Assembly: GCA_002633005.1 (NCBI GenBank)
Contig: NMRA01000133.1
Location: 738,627 to 802,626 of the forward strand
Direction of reading: 5' to 3'
Length of the DNA stretch: 64,000 nt
Origin: Phoronis australis
Lineage: Eukaryota; Animalia; Phoronida
Positions within the stretch are counted from its first letter, which is position 1, and each line of letters starts with the position of its first letter. The notes under the pieces are model-generated. The model had not been told where the DNA came from and did not search any database. It was given only the letters and a program-made list of their open reading frames with translations. A program made the translations under genes and the position numbers. Positions 60,401-64,000 of the stretch are shown here, in pieces.

Positions 60401-63400
60401 CATAAAATTTGGTATATAGGCACCTATTAGTGAGATGATGCTATCCTCCCGTTTTCGGATGGATTGGACATAGTTTACGGCACCTAGTGGCCATTTTTAC
60501 TGTTTTCGAGTCTGTTTTTTTTGCATCCACCCCTCTATCAACCAAACCACTCAAAGGATGATTGTGAAAATTGGCACGTGTGTTCTTGACGATTTTCCGG
60601 CGATTTCGACTAGTGTGGCGTTTCCTAGTGGCAGTTTTTTTTTTTTGAGCCTTTGGCTGTATCTCCTAAACCGTTCACAGGATCTTTACTAAATTTTGTA
60701 AATGTATTTATGTGATGTCAGCAACGGAGGATGACGACGTTTGAACAGATCTGACTACTGGTGTGCCACCTAGTGGCAATTTTTTTTACGTTTACCACTC
60801 TATGTTCAAAGATCTTCAATGTATTTTCATAAAATTTGGCATACAGGCATCTGTTAATGAGATAACGCTATCTCTTCGTTTTCAGATGGATTGGACCTCA
60901 TTTGCGCCACCTAGTGGCCATTTTTACTGTTTTTTGAGTCTGTTTTTTGGCGTTCACTCTTCTATCAACCAAACCGTTTTCAGGATAATTGTAAAAATTG
61001 GCATGTATGTTTTTAGTGAACCGCTGATTATGATTTTCCGACGATTTCAACTACTGTGACACCTCATAGTGGCAGTTTTGTTTTTTTTGCGCTCATAGCT
61101 GTATCTCCTATAGCAGGATCTGTACTTAATGTAGTGAGTGTATTTAAATGATGTTGACAACGAACGACGACACCTTTCAGACGGATCTGACTACTGGGGT
61201 GCCCCCTAGTGGCAATTTTAGTTCTTTACGTTTCAGTCTGTATCTTCAAAGGTCCTCAACAGATTTTCATAAAATTTTGAATATAGGCATATGTTGGTGA
61301 GGTGACGCTATTCTCCTGTTTTTGGATGGAATTGAGGTATTTTGCGCCACCTAGTGGCCATTTTTGCTGTTTTCAAATCTTGTTTTTGGTGTCCACACCT
61401 CTGTCAACTAAATCATTCTAGGGATGGTTTTGAAAATTGGCGTATATGTTGTCAGTGTGAAGAGGACGTTTGATGATGGTGACTGACTACTGTGGCGCCT
61501 CCTAGTGGTTGTTTTGTTTTGTTTTGCGCCCATAGCTGTATCTCCTAAACCCATGCAGGATCTTTAATGAATTTAGTAAGTGTATTTATATGAAGATAAC
61601 AACAGACGACTTCAGGCGGATCCAACGGATGCTGTTCCCACTAGTGGCAATTTCATTTTATTCTGTTTTCCATTGTTTCTCTGAAGTTCCTCGTCAGATT
61701 TTTATGAAATATGGCATGTTCCCGTTTTTGGATGGATTGTACATTTTTGCGCCATCTTGTGGCCATTTTTATGATACAAATAAGTAACCCTAAAAGCACA
61801 TCATTTGCGATGCATTCCTGGGCACATTTCAATGCTCCGCGTTGCTCTTGTTATTTATTTAAATAAAAGCGATTGACTGTGCAGTCAAGTAACACACTCT
61901 ATGTACTCCAAACTTTAATACTAAGAGAGTGTGGTCTTGAGACAACATTGTGTGCAGTTCGCACATGCCATCTGGTGGTGGCATCTTGCAACAGACTTCA
62001 AATGTGTCAAAGGCAAAAGTCATACAGTCCTTTATGAGATCAAAATGGTCGTGGTTATCACGCCGATAAATTCTATTCCCAAGAGGCTTTCAATAAACTA
62101 TAAAATGTCTCTTTTCTATTAAGATGCAAGTATTAGGAAAACCAAAGTCATCGCCAGTTGCTGAAGAAACCACTGCTCCTGCTGTGACTTTCCAAAATAA
62201 AGCTCGAGACATGTTTGCCAAGGCTATACACTCAAAGGTTTGTTTAGTTTGCATTGTTTATCTAGTATGGGCTGTACATTGGTTACATGTTGTGACCAAG
62301 ATTTTATGTCTGGCTTAATTTTGCTTTCTACTGGGCTTGAATGAACCCTTTAAGTGGCAGTGGCTGTAGTTCGCTAAGTCTTTGATAACTCGGTCAGAAT
62401 CCCATCAGATTTAGTAGATTTCCCATTCAAAATTACGAGTGTTGTTCATTGTCGTGATGCAGTAACTTGTTCAGAGACCAAGTACTGAAGGTATTAAATT
62501 TCTTTACATTTTATAGGCTCACATATTAAGTGGGTACATATTACCATCAACGTCACTCAGGCGTCTGCCTTTCTATCTCCCAAACCGCTAGATGGATCAG
62601 CTTGAAATTTTACGGACCTCGTTCTACCAGAATTAGAATGGCCTTTGCCAATGCACTGAAAATGATCCGACTACATCTGTGCCCCTAGATTTTGCGACTG
62701 CTTTTATATCTACCAAGTTCCTTGAGGAATTTTCATGACATTTGACTGATATGTTTCCATTAAATGTGACGTGTGCTGCATTGCCGTGTGCCACGTCTAG
62801 CGTTTTGTGTCTGTAGTGACGGCTCGTTTCTATCTGCCAAACCACGGTAAGGTTCGTCATGAAATTTGGCAGATGTTTTCATGTTGAATGATGCAAGGCT
62901 AACATTGATTTTTGAACTTACTACTGCTATAGAAATTTTAGTTTGTATTTGTCTGCTACAATGTCTACTAGCACCTTTGATGAATATTCATGAAATTAGG
63001 TTTGGTGTATTTCTATCATGAAGACAAATTCCGCCCACTGTCGAACTGATATAACCTATACTGCAGCCTGTATTGACAGTTTTGTTTTTTTGCATTGACA
63101 TCTAGTGTAAAGAACCCTGATAGATTTTCATGAATTCGTCTGTGCTGCCCTCTAATGGCAATTATACTGTTTTGTGTCTGCCTCAATAAGTAATTGTTTT
63201 GAGGATTAGGTGACGGACATTATTTTTCACATGGATTCAACTGTAACTGCATTCGTAGTGGCCATTCAACATATCACCCCTCATCTCTGTGCTGTTTGGG
63301 ATGTACACAATGAAAGCATACCAACACTCTGTGTTGCTCTTCTTTCGGCGTGAACCTGATTTGTCTAAGCGAAAAGGTTGATGCAAAAACTGGCGTGGGT

Positions 63401-63730
63401 TCCTTAGAAACGAGAACCTGGCGAAAACCCCAGATCACACAAGACTTTGCGAGATATCGACGTGTGCTACAATGTGATCACACTACCATTGTCCGTTAGA
63501 TTCTTGTATCTACCCAACTCAGCCCTGGTTTTTGTAACCTAGTATGCATAAAACTGAATACTTCCATTCATTTTAACAGTCTTGAAGCTGTTAATTATAA
63601 ATTTCATTTTCAGAAGGCAGCATTAAAAGTGCACGTGAAAAAGCAGTTGGTAAAACAGAAGATAAATTCAGACATTGTGCGGCAGCGCTGCCGTTTTAAG
63701 GTCCAGTCTTACGTGAAGGATAAAATGAAG
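57435..63730 (+). CDS. Unidentified gene, 3'-partial. Probable coding exons 57435-57482, 59659-59772, 62124-62237, 63614-63730
   Basis: Four open phase-0 exons with polypyrimidine-AG acceptors and GT donors: MANREANGKSSRAFSE / GLMAGNS...FKDKARDMFAKALNAK / MQVLGKP...FQNKARDMFAKAIHSK / KAALKVHVKKQLVKQKINSDIVRQRCRFKVQSYVKDKMK. No recognisable domain. Confidence 0.6.
57702..58533. mobile_element. Harbinger-like non-autonomous element with a nested GC-rich MITE fragment (about 58271-58390)
   Basis: CAGCCAATTTCACAAAGG ... CCTTTATGAAATTGGCTG inverted termini, with AAACCAGGTTT subterminal palindromes. Confidence 0.7.
60159..61852 (+). mobile_element. Helentron/DINE-1-like element with an internal ~430-bp higher-order tandem (3 x ~143 bp subunits); best-preserved copy
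   Basis: Starts TTTTTATGCACCCAC, has a short CGTCTGTCC microsatellite-like block, repeated subunits each with GCGCC(A/C)CCTAGTGGC, and ends ATTTCAATGCTCCGCGTTGCTCTTGTT in a T-rich site. Confidence 0.72.
62509..63345 (+). mobile_element. Older, diverged Helentron/DINE-like copy
   Basis: TTTTATAGGCTCACAT...GTGGGTACATATT start, ATGAAATTTGG and GTGCCCCTAG subunits, TGTTGCTCTT end. Confidence 0.5.
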
Positions 63731-64000
63731 GTAATATTTGGTGTTGAGCAAGATTGAGGAATCTTCCTAGTAAATGTTTAGTCTTGTTTTTGTCCGAAAT
63801 ACAGATAATCTCGGTGTAAAGTTCGTGGCATTAATACTGTACATGACATATTCCTAACACCGAAGACTACTGGTCCAATTGCAAAATTAAAAACAAAAAG
63901 CAATATGAAAGCACTCGGAGGAGCGACACTTGGCGAAATTAACTGAAAAGAACTCAATGAGGATGATGATCTGTAAGAAATAGACTACGGTCTTGTTCAG

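Overview
AT-rich animal (invertebrate-looking, spliceosomal introns) genomic DNA with four assembly gaps. It contains (1) the 3' part of an INF2-type formin gene on + (FH1, FH2 and a C-terminal WH2/DAD motif; stop at 10264), (2) a convergent intronless family-B/Methuselah-like 7TM receptor gene on - whose signal peptide and somatomedin-B domain are separated from the other 695 codons by one in-frame TAA, (3) a complete ZC3H13 (Flacc/Xio, m6A writer complex) gene on + with 21 hand-assembled coding exons (20246-46895, about 1268 aa), and (4) the start of an unidentified + strand gene with two duplicated 114-nt exons, running off the window. Introns and intergenic DNA hold many transposon relics: Kolobok-like with a THAP remnant, Penelope-like with a hammerhead core, hAT-like with 5- and 6-bp TSDs, nested MITEs, Crypton/DUF3504, tRNA-derived SINEs and Helentron/DINE-like elements with arrays of CTCF-like motifs. 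The most unusual items are tandemly duplicated splice donors and acceptors in ZC3H13, the stop-split receptor and the phased CTCF-like motif arrays. Exon chains were read by eye and family calls rest on recalled motifs; no searches were run.
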